Shown: positions 38,736-49,590, counted from the stretch's first letter. The stretch: DNA of 64,000 nucleotides from an uncultured Candidatus Saccharibacteria bacterium (GCA_964350985.1 CAYGLK010000001.1:391698-455697); one strand, 5' to 3'. The notes: a model not told the origin generated them from the sequence alone. Numbers and translations are program-made.

Positions 38736-39377
38736 CTATTGAGTGATTCCAAACTCAACTGTTGGATTAACCGCATCTGAGACTTGTTGGTAGAACTCTT
38801 CATAGGTCTCAAAAACCATTCTTTCTCCGTTGAGGAAAAATGAAGGAGTTCCTGAAAGCCCTAACTCTCTAGCCTCTGCAAAGTCATCTTGAACTCTGTC
38901 ACGTATTAAAGAAGCATTGTAGTGGCGCTTAAATAGAGGTACGTCTAGACCCAGCTCTCCAGCATACTGAAAGAAGAAAGCACTAGGGTTAGGGTTGGTT
39001 GACCAAGTTGTCTGGTTATTAAAAAGGAGGTCATGGAACTCAAAGAATTTATCTTGTTGTCCAGCTGCTTCTGCAGCTCTCGCTGCTGGCTCTGCATATG
39101 GGTGAATCTGAACCAAAGGAAAATGTTTGTATTCTAGCTTTACATCATCTGGAAAGTCTTCGAGAATCTCTGCCACTCTAGGATGGAAAGCAGCACAAGC
39201 AGGACATTGAAAATCACTGTATTCAGTTAGAGTTACACTAGCGTCAAGGTTGCCTTTTACGTTAGGTGTAAAAACAATTCCTTCATTACTCTTCTCAGCC
39301 GCATTTCCAGCATACCAAACTGATCCCCCGATTAAAACTGCAGCAACAACCAATACAACTATCCATGGATTTTTCAT
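38736..39377 (-). CDS. DsbA-like thiol:disulfide oxidoreductase (thioredoxin fold)
   Basis: Signal/anchor then CPAC active site in SDFQCPACAAFHP. Confidence 0.75.
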   Translation of the reverse strand: MKNPWIVVLVVAAVLIGGSVWYAGNAAEKSNEGIVFTPNVKGNLDASVTLTEYSDFQCPACAAFHPRVAEILEDFPDDVKLEYKHFPLVQIHPYAEPAARAAEAAGQQDKFFEFHDLLFNNQTTWSTNPNPSAFFFQYAGELGLDVPLFKRHYNASLIRDRVQDDFAEARELGLSGTPSFFLNGERMVFETYEEFYQQVSDAVNPTVEFGITQ

Positions 39378-39501
39378 ATAAATAAAATTGTATCATACAG
39401 AAACTCAATTTCACTACCCAATACTCAATAAACTTACTATTAGATATGAAGTCAATTTGAAGACTGTTATGCTTGCTAAAAAATAAAAATAGTGTTCTAA
39501 T

Positions 39502-40248
39502 TTGGGCAACATGGCTCGAAAACCTAACTTTGTTAGAAAGAAAAAAAGAAAGCAGCATGGTGAAACTTTTTGGGATACAGAATACAAGAACCCGACTCAC
39601 CTAAAGCTGTCTACTAACCCTAGTGAAGACCTCGAGAAATTCACTCGCTGGGTTATTCGTCGTAAGCGTGAAGACGTTTTTGGTCCTAAAGCAAGTGTCT
39701 TGGACGTTGGCTGCGGTAATGGACGTAATCTTATTTACTTAAACAATTACTACGGGAACAAAGGAGTTGGTTATGATATTTCTAAGGCAGCTATCGCTCA
39801 AGCAGCAACAGCTTCCAAGGGGTTACCTTTAAAATACACCGCCCGCTCTATCGCCGGTAAACTAGATGTTCCAGATGACTCACAGGCCTTAGTTTTAGAC
39901 ATGATGAGTTCCCATTTTCTTAACGCCGAAGAAAGAAAATTCCTTCGTGACGAAATATACAGAACACTAGAACCAGGAGGTCTACTTTTTATGAAGACAT
40001 TCCTTAAAGACGGCGACATTCACACAAAAAGATTAATTCAAGAAAGTCCTGGTAAAGAAGACGGTAGCTACATTCACCCCGTGATGGGAGTTGCTGAATA
40101 TGTTTACGGGGAAGAAGAACTAGTTTTGTTCTTAGCTGAAAAGTTTGTCATTCACAAGATCTACCGTTCACACAAACACTCCTTCCGTGGACAGGCTCGT
40201 AAGAGAAGGACTATCACTATCTACGCTGAAAAAGATCGTTTTAAGTAG
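39502..40248 (+). CDS. Class I SAM-dependent methyltransferase
   Basis: VLDVGCGNGRNL motif I and downstream LEPGGLLF motif. Confidence 0.65.
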   Translation: MGNMARKPNFVRKKKRKQHGETFWDTEYKNPTHLKLSTNPSEDLEKFTRWVIRRKREDVFGPKASVLDVGCGNGRNLIYLNNYYGNKGVGYDISKAAIAQAATASKGLPLKYTARSIAGKLDVPDDSQALVLDMMSSHFLNAEERKFLRDEIYRTLEPGGLLFMKTFLKDGDIHTKRLIQESPGKEDGSYIHPVMGVAEYVYGEEELVLFLAEKFVIHKIYRSHKHSFRGQARKRRTITIYAEKDRFK

Positions 40249-40255
40249 AGAATAA

Positions 40256-40296
40256 AAAAGACCTCAGTTTCTCGAGAAACTGAGGTCTTTTTTTAA
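40256..40296. terminator. Bidirectional rho-independent terminator
   Basis: agacctcagtttctc-gagaaactgaggtct hairpin flanked by A6 and T7 between convergent genes. Confidence 0.65.
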
Positions 40297-40299
40297 GCA

Positions 40300-40998
40300 T
40301 TACTGACAACTAAAGGCTGCCATACATGAGTCCCTTCCTTCCCCAGCTGGTACCTGGGCACAAAGTTCACACTGCTTTGCTTTGTCAGGACTATCTTCAT
40401 AGATTGTCCCAAATTCCATTCCTGTATTTATAATAGTAGAAAAATCTTTAAAGATCACATCTGATGGCGGTTCAAATATACTGCCGTCTACATTAGTCCA
40501 AGCCTTACAATCATACTGAACTGGAGCATCGAGTGGTACAGGCTCGTTGGTATCCGGAACCTCTCCGTTTGCCCGCTTCTCTTCTACAGCATTAATATCA
40601 ATCTTTACTCCATACTTTTCTCCATTTATTTCTGACCAAGAGTAAAGATTATCGTCACGCATAATCACAGAAGATACAACGTCTTCACCAGCTCCAGGCA
40701 CAATGAAATCCCCTCTCATCTTTCCATTACTTGTAAAATAAGTACCACTAACCTCCTCCGAAGAATTATTATCTAGCTTGTGACTGATATTACACTCTAA
40801 ATCAACTGCTCTAGATAATAAGTCACTTAAAGTAGAGCGACCACTGGTTGGCAGCTGGGTTTCTTCTTCAAGAACCACTTTAGTATCGGAATCTTCAGCG
40901 GTTATCATTTCATCGGAATCTGTCTGCACCAGTAACGAAACTGCTACTCCTCCAACCAATAATGCTCCTCCAATACTAAATAAAAGAAACTTATTCAT
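40300..40998 (-). CDS. Secreted hypothetical protein with Cys-rich C-terminus
   Basis: Signal peptide; six Cys in the last 70 aa. Confidence 0.4.
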   Translation of the reverse strand: MNKFLLFSIGGALLVGGVAVSLLVQTDSDEMITAEDSDTKVVLEEETQLPTSGRSTLSDLLSRAVDLECNISHKLDNNSSEEVSGTYFTSNGKMRGDFIVPGAGEDVVSSVIMRDDNLYSWSEINGEKYGVKIDINAVEEKRANGEVPDTNEPVPLDAPVQYDCKAWTNVDGSIFEPPSDVIFKDFSTIINTGMEFGTIYEDSPDKAKQCELCAQVPAGEGRDSCMAAFSCQ

Positions 40999-41056
40999 AA
41001 ATAAAGCAAATATCTCTGACTAACAATAATGATTATATTATAGCATTTTAACCAAA

Positions 41057-41938
41057 ATGACTCCTAGATATAGGTGTAATCAAGTGTTTAATGTTAAAAT
41101 ACAATTAATAATTAAATTTATGAACGAAAAACCCAAACTAAAAGTAGTGAGTGTAGAAACTCAACAACAAAAAGAAGCCAGGCTTGAAAAGAACTGGGAG
41201 AAAATTTACGAAAAAGCAAAATCTTTTGCTGAAATACATAAAATGACACCCAAAGATGTACTTCACTTTTATGCCCTGGAGATGATTGAAGATGCGTCCG
41301 AGATGGACGATGATACAGACCTAATCAATAAACTTAAAAGGTTGAGTAGTCCACAATTAGACAACTCATTTTGGAAAAGAACTGACTTAAAAATAAAGTT
41401 AGAAAAAGCTGAGAAAGCTGCTATCACTGACAAATTAACTGGTCTATATAACAGACGTGAATTTGATACTAGACTGGAAGAAATGATTGGTAACTACAGA
41501 ACAAAATTAATACCTTTCTCTGTTATTTTACTTGATATCGATGATTTTAAAGGGATAAATGATACTTTTGGCCACAAAGCTGGAGACCTGGTTATTCAAA
41601 AAGTTGCTGAAGTGATTAATTCATCTGTTAAAAGCCAAGATAGCGCTACTAGATACGGAGGAGAGGAGTTTGGAGTCATTATTGAAGGTAATCCAGATGT
41701 TAATGAGTTAGATGAGATTGTTAATAAAGTAATTACTAGAATTAATAAAGCCATTTCAGAAATTAATCTTGGAGAACTAGTTAACCGACCAGAGGTAACA
41801 GAAAAAATCAGCATCAGTGCCGGCTTTGCAGAATATGACCCTAGTGCAGAAGTTGGTGTCACAGAGAGTGCTGACAGAGCATTATACGCAAGCAAAAAAG
41901 CAAAAGGATCTTATAAAGGAAGATATGCTAAGTATTAA
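41057..41938 (+). CDS. GGDEF-domain diguanylate cyclase (likely true start 41120, MNEKPK)
   Basis: RYGGEEFGVII active-site motif and upstream DxLTGLYNRREF. Confidence 0.8.
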   Translation: MTPRYRCNQVFNVKIQLIIKFMNEKPKLKVVSVETQQQKEARLEKNWEKIYEKAKSFAEIHKMTPKDVLHFYALEMIEDASEMDDDTDLINKLKRLSSPQLDNSFWKRTDLKIKLEKAEKAAITDKLTGLYNRREFDTRLEEMIGNYRTKLIPFSVILLDIDDFKGINDTFGHKAGDLVIQKVAEVINSSVKSQDSATRYGGEEFGVIIEGNPDVNELDEIVNKVITRINKAISEINLGELVNRPEVTEKISISAGFAEYDPSAEVGVTESADRALYASKKAKGSYKGRYAKY

Positions 41939-41950
41939 AAAGACTCTCAA

Positions 41951-42931
41951 TTACCCCCGCAACACCAAGAAGACTAAGTAAGCAATGTACAAGAGTACAA
42001 ATAGAACACCTTGCCAGCGTTCTAGGATATTTCTCTTACCTACAAATAAAGTAAGGAACAAGACAAGCGTTACTACAAAAGTAATCCTTAGATCAGCAGC
42101 CAGATCAGCAGTAAATGGTAGTGGTTGAATAGTCGAGCTAATTCCTAGTATCCAAAAAATATTAAAAATATTTGAGCCGATAACATTACCGACAGCAATA
42201 TCGACATTCTTTTTTAGCGCAGCGACGATAGATGTCGCCAACTCAGGTAGCGAGGTGCCTATCGCAACCACAGTTAATCCAACCAAAGCTTCGCTAACTC
42301 CAAATATTTGCGCAAAAGCTACGGCTCCGTCAACAATCCACTTACCTCCTACTACTAGGCCAAGCATACCAAGCACAACCATTAGTACTGATTGCCACAG
42401 AGGTCTTTCAGATACAGTGTCAACCTCAGCTACAAAAACTTTATTAGCATCCGCTGCTTTGTCTGATTTTGTTAGACGGTAAACATAATATAGAAAACCA
42501 ACAAAAAAAGTAATTAGAACAAGTCCATCAACTCTACTTAAGAGAGCTGATTCAGCACCTTGAAACATCACTTCGTAAACCAATACAATCAAGACGGCTA
42601 CTGCTAGTAAAGAAAAAGGGATTTCTTTCCAGACAGTTCCTCGTTGAACTAGTAGAGGACAGATTATTGAAGAGATACCCAAAATCAACAAAATATTTGC
42701 GATATTACTTCCAAGAATATTCCCGACTGCAATATCAGTATTTCCACTCAAACTAGCTAAGATGTTTACCGCTAATTCAGGTGCTGAGGTCCCAAAAGCA
42801 ACTACCGTAAGACCAATCACCAATGAAGAAACGCCGATTCTACTAGCTAATGAAGAAGCACCATCGACAAGTAAGTCCGCCCCTTTGACCAGGATAACGA
42901 AACCAATAAAAAATAGTATGTAAGTTAGCAT
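41951..42931 (-). CDS. CaCA-family sodium/calcium exchanger (YrbG-like)
   Basis: Two alpha-repeats GTSAPELAV and GTSLPELATS in a 10-TM protein. Confidence 0.8.
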   Translation of the reverse strand: MLTYILFFIGFVILVKGADLLVDGASSLASRIGVSSLVIGLTVVAFGTSAPELAVNILASLSGNTDIAVGNILGSNIANILLILGISSIICPLLVQRGTVWKEIPFSLLAVAVLIVLVYEVMFQGAESALLSRVDGLVLITFFVGFLYYVYRLTKSDKAADANKVFVAEVDTVSERPLWQSVLMVVLGMLGLVVGGKWIVDGAVAFAQIFGVSEALVGLTVVAIGTSLPELATSIVAALKKNVDIAVGNVIGSNIFNIFWILGISSTIQPLPFTADLAADLRITFVVTLVLFLTLFVGKRNILERWQGVLFVLLYIAYLVFLVLRG

Positions 42932-43007
42932 GAAATATTGTTACCTTTAAATCCCAACAATTATGCTCTTTATACAACCAAATAACTAGATAAACAAGCA
43001 GTAGAGC

Positions 43008-43445
43008 TTATATACAGGACTTGGCTTTGAAAAATTCTATTGCCCCAGGAACTGCCCCTGCTCTAATCTCAGCTACTCTTGACTCTCCTAAAACATTTAC
43101 AAAACACTGCTCTTGTTCAACACTAATTGAGTCAGGGACAGATTCAGGTGATATTCCTAGATTTATTAGTGCTTCCTTTTGAGCTGGAGACAAGTTAAAA
43201 GTTGCACGTGTATTTGTAGAGGTAGAGTCACTCTCAGTTCCCGTCTCAGCTGATACCTCCTCACTAGCATTTTGTGAGCTTTCATCTGAGTCAGTTGATC
43301 TTGTTTCAGTATAGCTTTGTTGACTGCCTAAAAGTAACGGCTTCAAGTTGTATGGATCGGCAATAATAAAGTAAGACAACCAAATCAAGATAATCAGGAA
43401 TATAAAACCGAGCGCAGCAAAGAAGTACAGGATAAAATTTTTCAT
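43008..43445 (-). CDS. Membrane-anchored hypothetical protein
   Basis: N-terminal TM; Ser/Thr/Glu-rich linker. Confidence 0.35.
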   Translation of the reverse strand: MKNFILYFFAALGFIFLIILIWLSYFIIADPYNLKPLLLGSQQSYTETRSTDSDESSQNASEEVSAETGTESDSTSTNTRATFNLSPAQKEALINLGISPESVPDSISVEQEQCFVNVLGESRVAEIRAGAVPGAIEFFKAKSCI

Positions 43446-43490
43446 ATCTTATATATTACCACTAAATCTAGGAATATGGGCTCCTAATTA

Positions 43491-44357
43491 CTATTTCACA
43501 GTCCTCATCACCCTCTGTGGGAACGGAATTTCAATACCTTCTCGATCAAAAGCTATTTTAAGGCGCATTCTAAACTCTCCTGCCACCTCCCATTGTTTGC
43601 TTGGTTGAGTGTCACCCAGAATTTTCACAACAACAGCAGAATCAGCAAACTCTTCGACTCGCAAAAATTTTGGTTGCTTTATAATTAAATTAGACCAAGC
43701 TGGGTCTTTAGCCATTTCTTCACCAACTTCATTTACTACCTTTATCACCTTCTCCAATGGAGCGTCGTAAGCTACACCAATATTTATGTTTATTCTTGAG
43801 AATACTTTTGATTGATTGGAGACAATATTCACTTCCCCATGCGGTACATGGTGAACAGTTCCGTTTAAGTCACGCAAAGTTGTCATACGAAGCGAAACAT
43901 TTTCTACCAAACCACAAGTGTCATTAAAGCAGACGACGTCTCCAGCCCGATATTGATTTTCAAGTAAAATAAAAATTCCGGAAATAATATCGCGAATCAA
44001 ATACTGTCCACCAAAACCGAGAGCAAGTCCCGCTACTCCAGCAGCAGCCAGGAGTGGCCCGATAGCAATACCAAACTCTGACATAATCATCATTCCCGCA
44101 CTAATCCAGATAGCTATATTGGCAGCCCCAGCCATCACTTGAATTAAAGTGTTCTCTCTTTTCTCTTCGGCTTCTTTAGAATAAGGTCCTTGTTTAATCA
44201 AACGTTTAATAACACTTTTAATCAAACGCCCAACAAAATAATGAGCCACTGTTGCAACTACAATAATAAGTAAAACCTTAACTCCATTTGTAGAAATCCA
44301 TCCTAGTATCATTTCCCAATAATTATTTAAAAAGTTTTGCATAAAAATACCATACAC
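43491..44357 (-). CDS. Small-conductance mechanosensitive channel (MscS family)
   Basis: Three TM helices then the conserved MscS beta-domain (GDVVCFNDTCGLVENVSLRMTTLRDLNGTVHHVPHGEV). Confidence 0.8.
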   Translation of the reverse strand: MYGIFMQNFLNNYWEMILGWISTNGVKVLLIIVVATVAHYFVGRLIKSVIKRLIKQGPYSKEAEEKRENTLIQVMAGAANIAIWISAGMMIMSEFGIAIGPLLAAAGVAGLALGFGGQYLIRDIISGIFILLENQYRAGDVVCFNDTCGLVENVSLRMTTLRDLNGTVHHVPHGEVNIVSNQSKVFSRININIGVAYDAPLEKVIKVVNEVGEEMAKDPAWSNLIIKQPKFLRVEEFADSAVVVKILGDTQPSKQWEVAGEFRMRLKIAFDREGIEIPFPQRVMRTVK

Positions 44358-44543
44358 TATCTTTCATCATAAACAACCCCGCAAATCCCAAGCATGGATT
44401 CATTTTAAGTTCATATTTTTAATCAACCGCAGTGAATCTCATGAAGTAGCTCATGCCTACTCTCAGAGATCGGAAAATTATATTATTAAAGTAAATACTC
44501 CTGTAAAAGAAGTAGCGGATCGGGTCAGAACTTCATTATTTTA

Positions 44544-45083
44544 CTAAACGCAAACCAGAGGTGCCATAATTTTTTTGAGCAAAAATCTAATTGAATAAAT
44601 CAGCAATCCGACACCCAACAATCCAAATTCAGCCCCTCCGAGTGGCAAAAAAGTCAAAACACTTGCTACTCCAAAGATAGATAAACTTGAGGTAAGTAAG
44701 ACTGTACCGCAAGCGGTACAACCAATACCAAAAAAGCCAGTGATGAGCCCGACAAAACCGGCAGAGCCAATTCTCCCCAAAGCCGCTCGACTCTTTACCT
44801 GATTAAAGAAATAAAGCATTAGCGAAACCTGAACTCCAAACAATACTGCTATCATAAAAACAGTAACCGCTGATAGTGTAGTGAAGTTTGTCCCTATCGA
44901 AGCGTAAAGTGAGAATAGGAAAATAAATTTATTTACCAAAGATACAGATGAGTCAGTAAAGATTTGAAATATCAAGTTTAAATTTGGTAACCAAACAGCT
45001 AAACTAAATATCAAAAATGAAAGTAAAAAAGCCAGTAAGAGGTATCTCGGGATTTTAAATACTTTTACTAGAACTTCGAACAT
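44544..45083 (-). CDS. Polytopic membrane protein with intramembrane CxxC (possible disulfide-relay partner of adjacent DsbA-like protein)
   Basis: 5-6 TM helices; GIGCTACGT motif; 5 nt downstream of the thioredoxin-fold gene. Confidence 0.35.
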   Translation of the reverse strand: MFEVLVKVFKIPRYLLLAFLLSFLIFSLAVWLPNLNLIFQIFTDSSVSLVNKFIFLFSLYASIGTNFTTLSAVTVFMIAVLFGVQVSLMLYFFNQVKSRAALGRIGSAGFVGLITGFFGIGCTACGTVLLTSSLSIFGVASVLTFLPLGGAEFGLLGVGLLIYSIRFLLKKIMAPLVCV

Positions 45084-45088
45084 GAATA

Positions 45089-45826
45089 TTATTTCTGCTG
45101 TCTAGCAATATTAATAATCTGTTCAATTGCTGCCTGTGGTTGCGCACCATTGATTGGGAAAGTTTTGCCATTTGGAGCAATCACAATAGTCCAAGGGGTT
45201 CCGTTTCCTCCTGTCTCAACCGCATTAGCTATATCAGCATCAATTTTTGCGTCATGCTTTCCACTACTTAAACAAGCGCTAAAGTTAGCAGCGTCTAAGC
45301 CTATCTCTGCGGCAATAGCAGGGATTACAGTCTCAATATCAGTTCGATTGTTAGTTAAAGTTAATTCGAAGTATCGATCAGCGAAATTCCAAAAACCATC
45401 ATTTCCACCCTGCTCAGCAGCACACTCAGAAGCCACAGCTACCGCTCGAGCTTTTACTGGATGAAGTCCCTCTAAAGGCAGCTGTCTAAAGACCCAGGCC
45501 ACATCTCCATTAGGGCCATTTTTCTCAATCACAGCATTGAGAGTATCGTGTAACACCTTACAGAAAGGACATTCAAAGTCAGAATACTCAACAATCTTTA
45601 TCGCTGCACTGGGATTGCCTTTAATGTGATCAATCTCTGTCACCGCTCGGACTAAGTCAGTATTTGCTGTCTGGAGTTGTACTGGCTCAACAACTTCTTT
45701 GTCATTAAAGATATTACCGCCAGAGAAAAAAATAGCCGCCGCTATAAATGCTCCTGAGATTAAAATAGACCCTGGTACAAGATAAGGATTATTTCTTTTT
45801 ACTACGACTACATTCGACTCTTCCAT
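45089..45826 (-). CDS. DsbA-like thioredoxin-fold protein
   Basis: N-terminal anchor, CPFC active site (YSDFECPFCKVLH). Confidence 0.7.
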   Translation of the reverse strand: MEESNVVVVKRNNPYLVPGSILISGAFIAAAIFFSGGNIFNDKEVVEPVQLQTANTDLVRAVTEIDHIKGNPSAAIKIVEYSDFECPFCKVLHDTLNAVIEKNGPNGDVAWVFRQLPLEGLHPVKARAVAVASECAAEQGGNDGFWNFADRYFELTLTNNRTDIETVIPAIAAEIGLDAANFSACLSSGKHDAKIDADIANAVETGGNGTPWTIVIAPNGKTFPINGAQPQAAIEQIINIARQQK

Positions 45827-45930
45827 ATAAACAAATTAATTAAAAATTCATAGTAATTCTAGCAGTGTTTTAGCTAAAATAATATTTGCTAAATTATAAC
45901 ATCTCTACTTAAATCAAAATATATAGCTTT

Positions 45931-47703
45931 CTAAAGTCTTTGTTTTTCCCACAATTCATGAAAACGACCTTCTTTTTCATAGAGCTCCTTAAAACTTCCC
46001 TGTTCTATTATTCTTCCATTTTCTATAACCAATATTTTATCCATCTCTTTAATGGTTGTAAGCCGGTGTGCAATAACAACAGCGGTAACTGATTCAAAAA
46101 ATTTATGTAGAGAGTCTTGAATTTTCTCTTCTGATTCAATATCAAGATGAGAGGTTGCTTCATCTAATAATAACAAGTTTGGATCTTTGAAAATAGCGCG
46201 AGCAACTCCAACGCGTTGTTTCTCTCCCCCAGAAAGCTTTACCCCTTTTTCACCAATCAGTGTGTCCACACCATCTGAAAGTGTCTTTGAAAATTCTGTG
46301 ACATGCGCAACATCTAACGCCCTCCTAAGAACCTCCTCATCACTACTCTTATCTGAATTAGATATTGTAATATTATCGCGTAAGGATAAATTAAAGACTT
46401 CTGTTTCTTGAAGAACTACTGCTGTATGTTTAAAATATTCAGTCTTTTTAATTGTTTTAAGTGGGACTCCGTCAATTAATATTTCCCCATCATAGTCTTC
46501 TCGCTCTTTCAGAAGAAGTTTAAACAATGTAGATTTGCCAGCACCCGAAAGACCAACAATACCTATTTTTTCACCACGATCTATAGTGAAAGATAATTTA
46601 TCAAGAACTTTTTTGTCTTCATACGAAAACGATACTTCGTTGATCGATATTTGTTTCCAATTTTCTGGCATTGGAACCTTGTTATTTAATGCGTCTGTAC
46701 CTGGTTCTACTGCTAAAATATTAAACATTCTATCAACATCTTGCTTTCTAACCGCAAAATCTTGCGAACTATCAGCCAACCTAGAGACTGCGCCTTGAAT
46801 AATAGAAAAATACCCATAAAAAAGAACAAGGAATCCAACCTCGTAGTGCCCTTGAGATATGCCCCAACCAATAAAACACAGCATAGCAATACGAAATGTC
46901 TGTCCGATCAAGTTTTTAACCCCTCCCCCAGACTGATACCAAAATATACGTTTTAAAATAAGTTCGTAAAGTTCATGTCCTAAAGTTAAAAGATTAGTAG
47001 AGAGCTGCTCGGCCATAGACATTACTTTGACACTTCTTATATTACTGACTGATTCAAAAACAATTCCAGATAATTTTTCATCTTTTTTATTTTCTTTTCG
47101 TTTGGCTCTTGTCGCTCCGCGTGTATAAAAAACAGAGACAAAGAAATACACAGCCAAAAACAATAGCGTGAATAAGGCAACGATTGAATCGAATTTTGTA
47201 ATGATAAACAAGACTCCAATAAGTCCTACAGCAATCTCTAAAAACGGACCAAACCAAAGCCGGATAATTTGATTTACTCCTTCACCTCCTCGATCAATTC
47301 TTTTTACTTTATTGCCTGTGTTTTCTTTTTCATGCCACTCAATATCTAGAGTAAACATATGTTTAATAGTTTGCAGTTTTGCGTCAATAGCGGATTTCTC
47401 AGCAATCGGGTAACCGAAAAAATTTGCATAGTAGGTTGCCACAACGTGGACAATGGTGACAATTACGAAGACTGCCATAATACTCCAGAAAGGGGTTAAA
47501 GATTCACCAATCTGATATGAGGCAAAAAAAGTAATGATTGCTGCCAAAGCATAGGTAGGATATAGCCAGGCTAACTCCCCTATTATTTTTAAGAATGATG
47601 CAAAAACAAACTTGCCTCGATAAGGCTTAAGTAACCTGTACAGATTGCGAATCAAAGAAATAGTTGAGTTAGTAGGATTAGAATTACCAGCCTTTTCTGT
47701 CAT
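45931..47703 (-). CDS. ABC exporter, fused permease/ATP-binding protein (MsbA-like)
   Basis: Six-TM N-domain; Walker A GLSGAGKST, signature LSGGEKQR, Walker B LLLDEATS. Confidence 0.85.
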   Translation of the reverse strand: MTEKAGNSNPTNSTISLIRNLYRLLKPYRGKFVFASFLKIIGELAWLYPTYALAAIITFFASYQIGESLTPFWSIMAVFVIVTIVHVVATYYANFFGYPIAEKSAIDAKLQTIKHMFTLDIEWHEKENTGNKVKRIDRGGEGVNQIIRLWFGPFLEIAVGLIGVLFIITKFDSIVALFTLLFLAVYFFVSVFYTRGATRAKRKENKKDEKLSGIVFESVSNIRSVKVMSMAEQLSTNLLTLGHELYELILKRIFWYQSGGGVKNLIGQTFRIAMLCFIGWGISQGHYEVGFLVLFYGYFSIIQGAVSRLADSSQDFAVRKQDVDRMFNILAVEPGTDALNNKVPMPENWKQISINEVSFSYEDKKVLDKLSFTIDRGEKIGIVGLSGAGKSTLFKLLLKEREDYDGEILIDGVPLKTIKKTEYFKHTAVVLQETEVFNLSLRDNITISNSDKSSDEEVLRRALDVAHVTEFSKTLSDGVDTLIGEKGVKLSGGEKQRVGVARAIFKDPNLLLLDEATSHLDIESEEKIQDSLHKFFESVTAVVIAHRLTTIKEMDKILVIENGRIIEQGSFKELYEKEGRFHELWEKQRL

Positions 47704-47807
47704 CTGTATATTCTAGCAGATATTAAAACAAAAGGTTTAAATACTTTAACGTAGTGAATTTTGACACAAATAGTAACAGTCTAGACTCTTTAGTTAGGCG
47801 GTTTCTA

Positions 47808-48263
47808 TTATAGTATTTTAGTAAATTGAAATTCTGTCCCTATTTTTTCTTGCTTGAAGTTTAGTGACTCAGCTAATTTACGGCTTGGTAGATTACCTTC
47901 GTCAGCAGTATAGATAACCTGCTCGACACCTTCATTCTTAAGTCGGTCTATTAGTTCACTCAAGACCTGCCGACCATAACCCTGACCCTGCTTTGGAACA
48001 CAAAGCCACATACCAATCTCAGCTATTTTAGGTTCCGGATAACTAGGTGAAATCATACCAATGAAATCATCACCTTCAAAAATGACATACTCAAGCTTGG
48101 TACCAAGTGTCTGTTTTTCTATTGCATCAATGACCCAAGTCTCTACTTCGTCCCGATTTTTAAAATCATAAAAATATTCAGCTACGTTTCCAGAATTAGT
48201 TTCAAAAATTAAATCAATATGTTCTGTCGAGAGCGGTTTCCAAGTTAAGGTTCGATTTTTCAT
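47808..48263 (-). CDS. GNAT family N-acetyltransferase
   Basis: QGQGYGRQVLSELIDRL motif A. Confidence 0.75.
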   Translation of the reverse strand: MKNRTLTWKPLSTEHIDLIFETNSGNVAEYFYDFKNRDEVETWVIDAIEKQTLGTKLEYVIFEGDDFIGMISPSYPEPKIAEIGMWLCVPKQGQGYGRQVLSELIDRLKNEGVEQVIYTADEGNLPSRKLAESLNFKQEKIGTEFQFTKIL

Positions 48264-48283
48264 ATAAATATTATTTTAAAAGA

Positions 48284-49033
48284 TTACTCTTTAATTAAAT
48301 CAGACACAGACTGGGAAGACTCTATAACCTTTTTTATAATTGTACGAGAAGGTATATGTAAGGGAAGATCAAAAAAATCTAAATGAGAATCTGAAGTATA
48401 ATTGCTAGGCATAACATGTATTTTTTTTACACATTTCTTTTTAATTTCTTCTAAACTTAGCTTTAAGAAAAAAGAAACAACCAACATCTTTTCACAAATA
48501 TCATCATAAGGGAGTATACCTAAAACCTGATGATCGAAAATATCCTCTTCTGTAATTCCAATATCACCCTCCATAAATCTAAGTGCCTGAGGATATAAAG
48601 CTGTACCTAGTGACGGGCGCATAAATGCTCCTGGTAACTCAAGTGATTTGGGCCAATCACCAGAATCTCTTTCTATTAAAATTAATTGTTTATCTTTTGT
48701 ATAAACCAAAGCAATCATGCTTAAAACATAGGGTATATTTAGATCTAAAAAATAAGTGTTGAATTTATCTATATTTCTTAGTCCCACAACTTCTTTATAT
48801 GAAAAATCAGTCGAAACATTTATTCTAAAACTGTTTTTGTTTTTTTCTGTATCAATAACCCTATATAGAGGTGAAGCATGTAGTTTGGGTTGATTCTTCT
48901 TCAGATTGTTCCAAACTAATTCAATTTTTTTATCTATATCACTAGGCAGAGTATAAACCTCATCTACTTGTTTATGGACAACTTCTAGATTATGTAATTT
49001 TAATTCTGAAAAGGTTTGGAATTCTGCTTTCAT
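48284..49033 (-). CDS. Hypothetical protein
   Basis: Intact 249-aa ORF, no confident domain. Confidence 0.4.
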   Translation of the reverse strand: MKAEFQTFSELKLHNLEVVHKQVDEVYTLPSDIDKKIELVWNNLKKNQPKLHASPLYRVIDTEKNKNSFRINVSTDFSYKEVVGLRNIDKFNTYFLDLNIPYVLSMIALVYTKDKQLILIERDSGDWPKSLELPGAFMRPSLGTALYPQALRFMEGDIGITEEDIFDHQVLGILPYDDICEKMLVVSFFLKLSLEEIKKKCVKKIHVMPSNYTSDSHLDFFDLPLHIPSRTIIKKVIESSQSVSDLIKE

Positions 49034-49053
49034 AAATTTAGCCGGTGCATAAT

Positions 49054-49590
49054 TTATTTCTTCTTTTTAGTTTTTAAGTACTCTGTCCGTCCAATAAGGG
49101 TTTTGGTGTCAGTTACTTTATCAATAAAGCAAATGCCATTTAAGTGATCTACTTCATGTTGAATTATTCTGGCCAATAAGCCAGAAGTCTCTAGCTCAAA
49201 CTCATCACCAAACTCATCAAATGCCCTCACCGAAACAGTCTCCGGTCTTTTTACAATACCAAACAGTGTCCCGGCAGACACACTGCCACATCCTTCATAT
49301 CCATCAACTTTTTTTTTAGAAAATTTAGTTATTACTGGATTAATAAAAACTCTGACAGGATCAAGTATTGAGACATCTTTACGACTCTTTGTTTTTCTAA
49401 CTTCAGTTACAAAAACTCTAGCTCCGACACCTATCTGTGGAGCTGCCATACCAACGAGATCCTTATCGCGCATTGAATCAATCAGATCAGTAATTATTTT
49501 CTTAACCTTGGCAGAAGTAACTTTATCTACCTCTTTAGCTCGAGAACGAATAACTTCACTCCCAATTTCCGCTGTCTTTCGTATTGCCAT
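49054..49590 (-). CDS. def: Peptide deformylase
   Basis: GMAAPQIG, EGCGSV and HEVDHLNG motifs. Confidence 0.85.
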   Translation of the reverse strand: MAIRKTAEIGSEVIRSRAKEVDKVTSAKVKKIITDLIDSMRDKDLVGMAAPQIGVGARVFVTEVRKTKSRKDVSILDPVRVFINPVITKFSKKKVDGYEGCGSVSAGTLFGIVKRPETVSVRAFDEFGDEFELETSGLLARIIQHEVDHLNGICFIDKVTDTKTLIGRTEYLKTKKKK

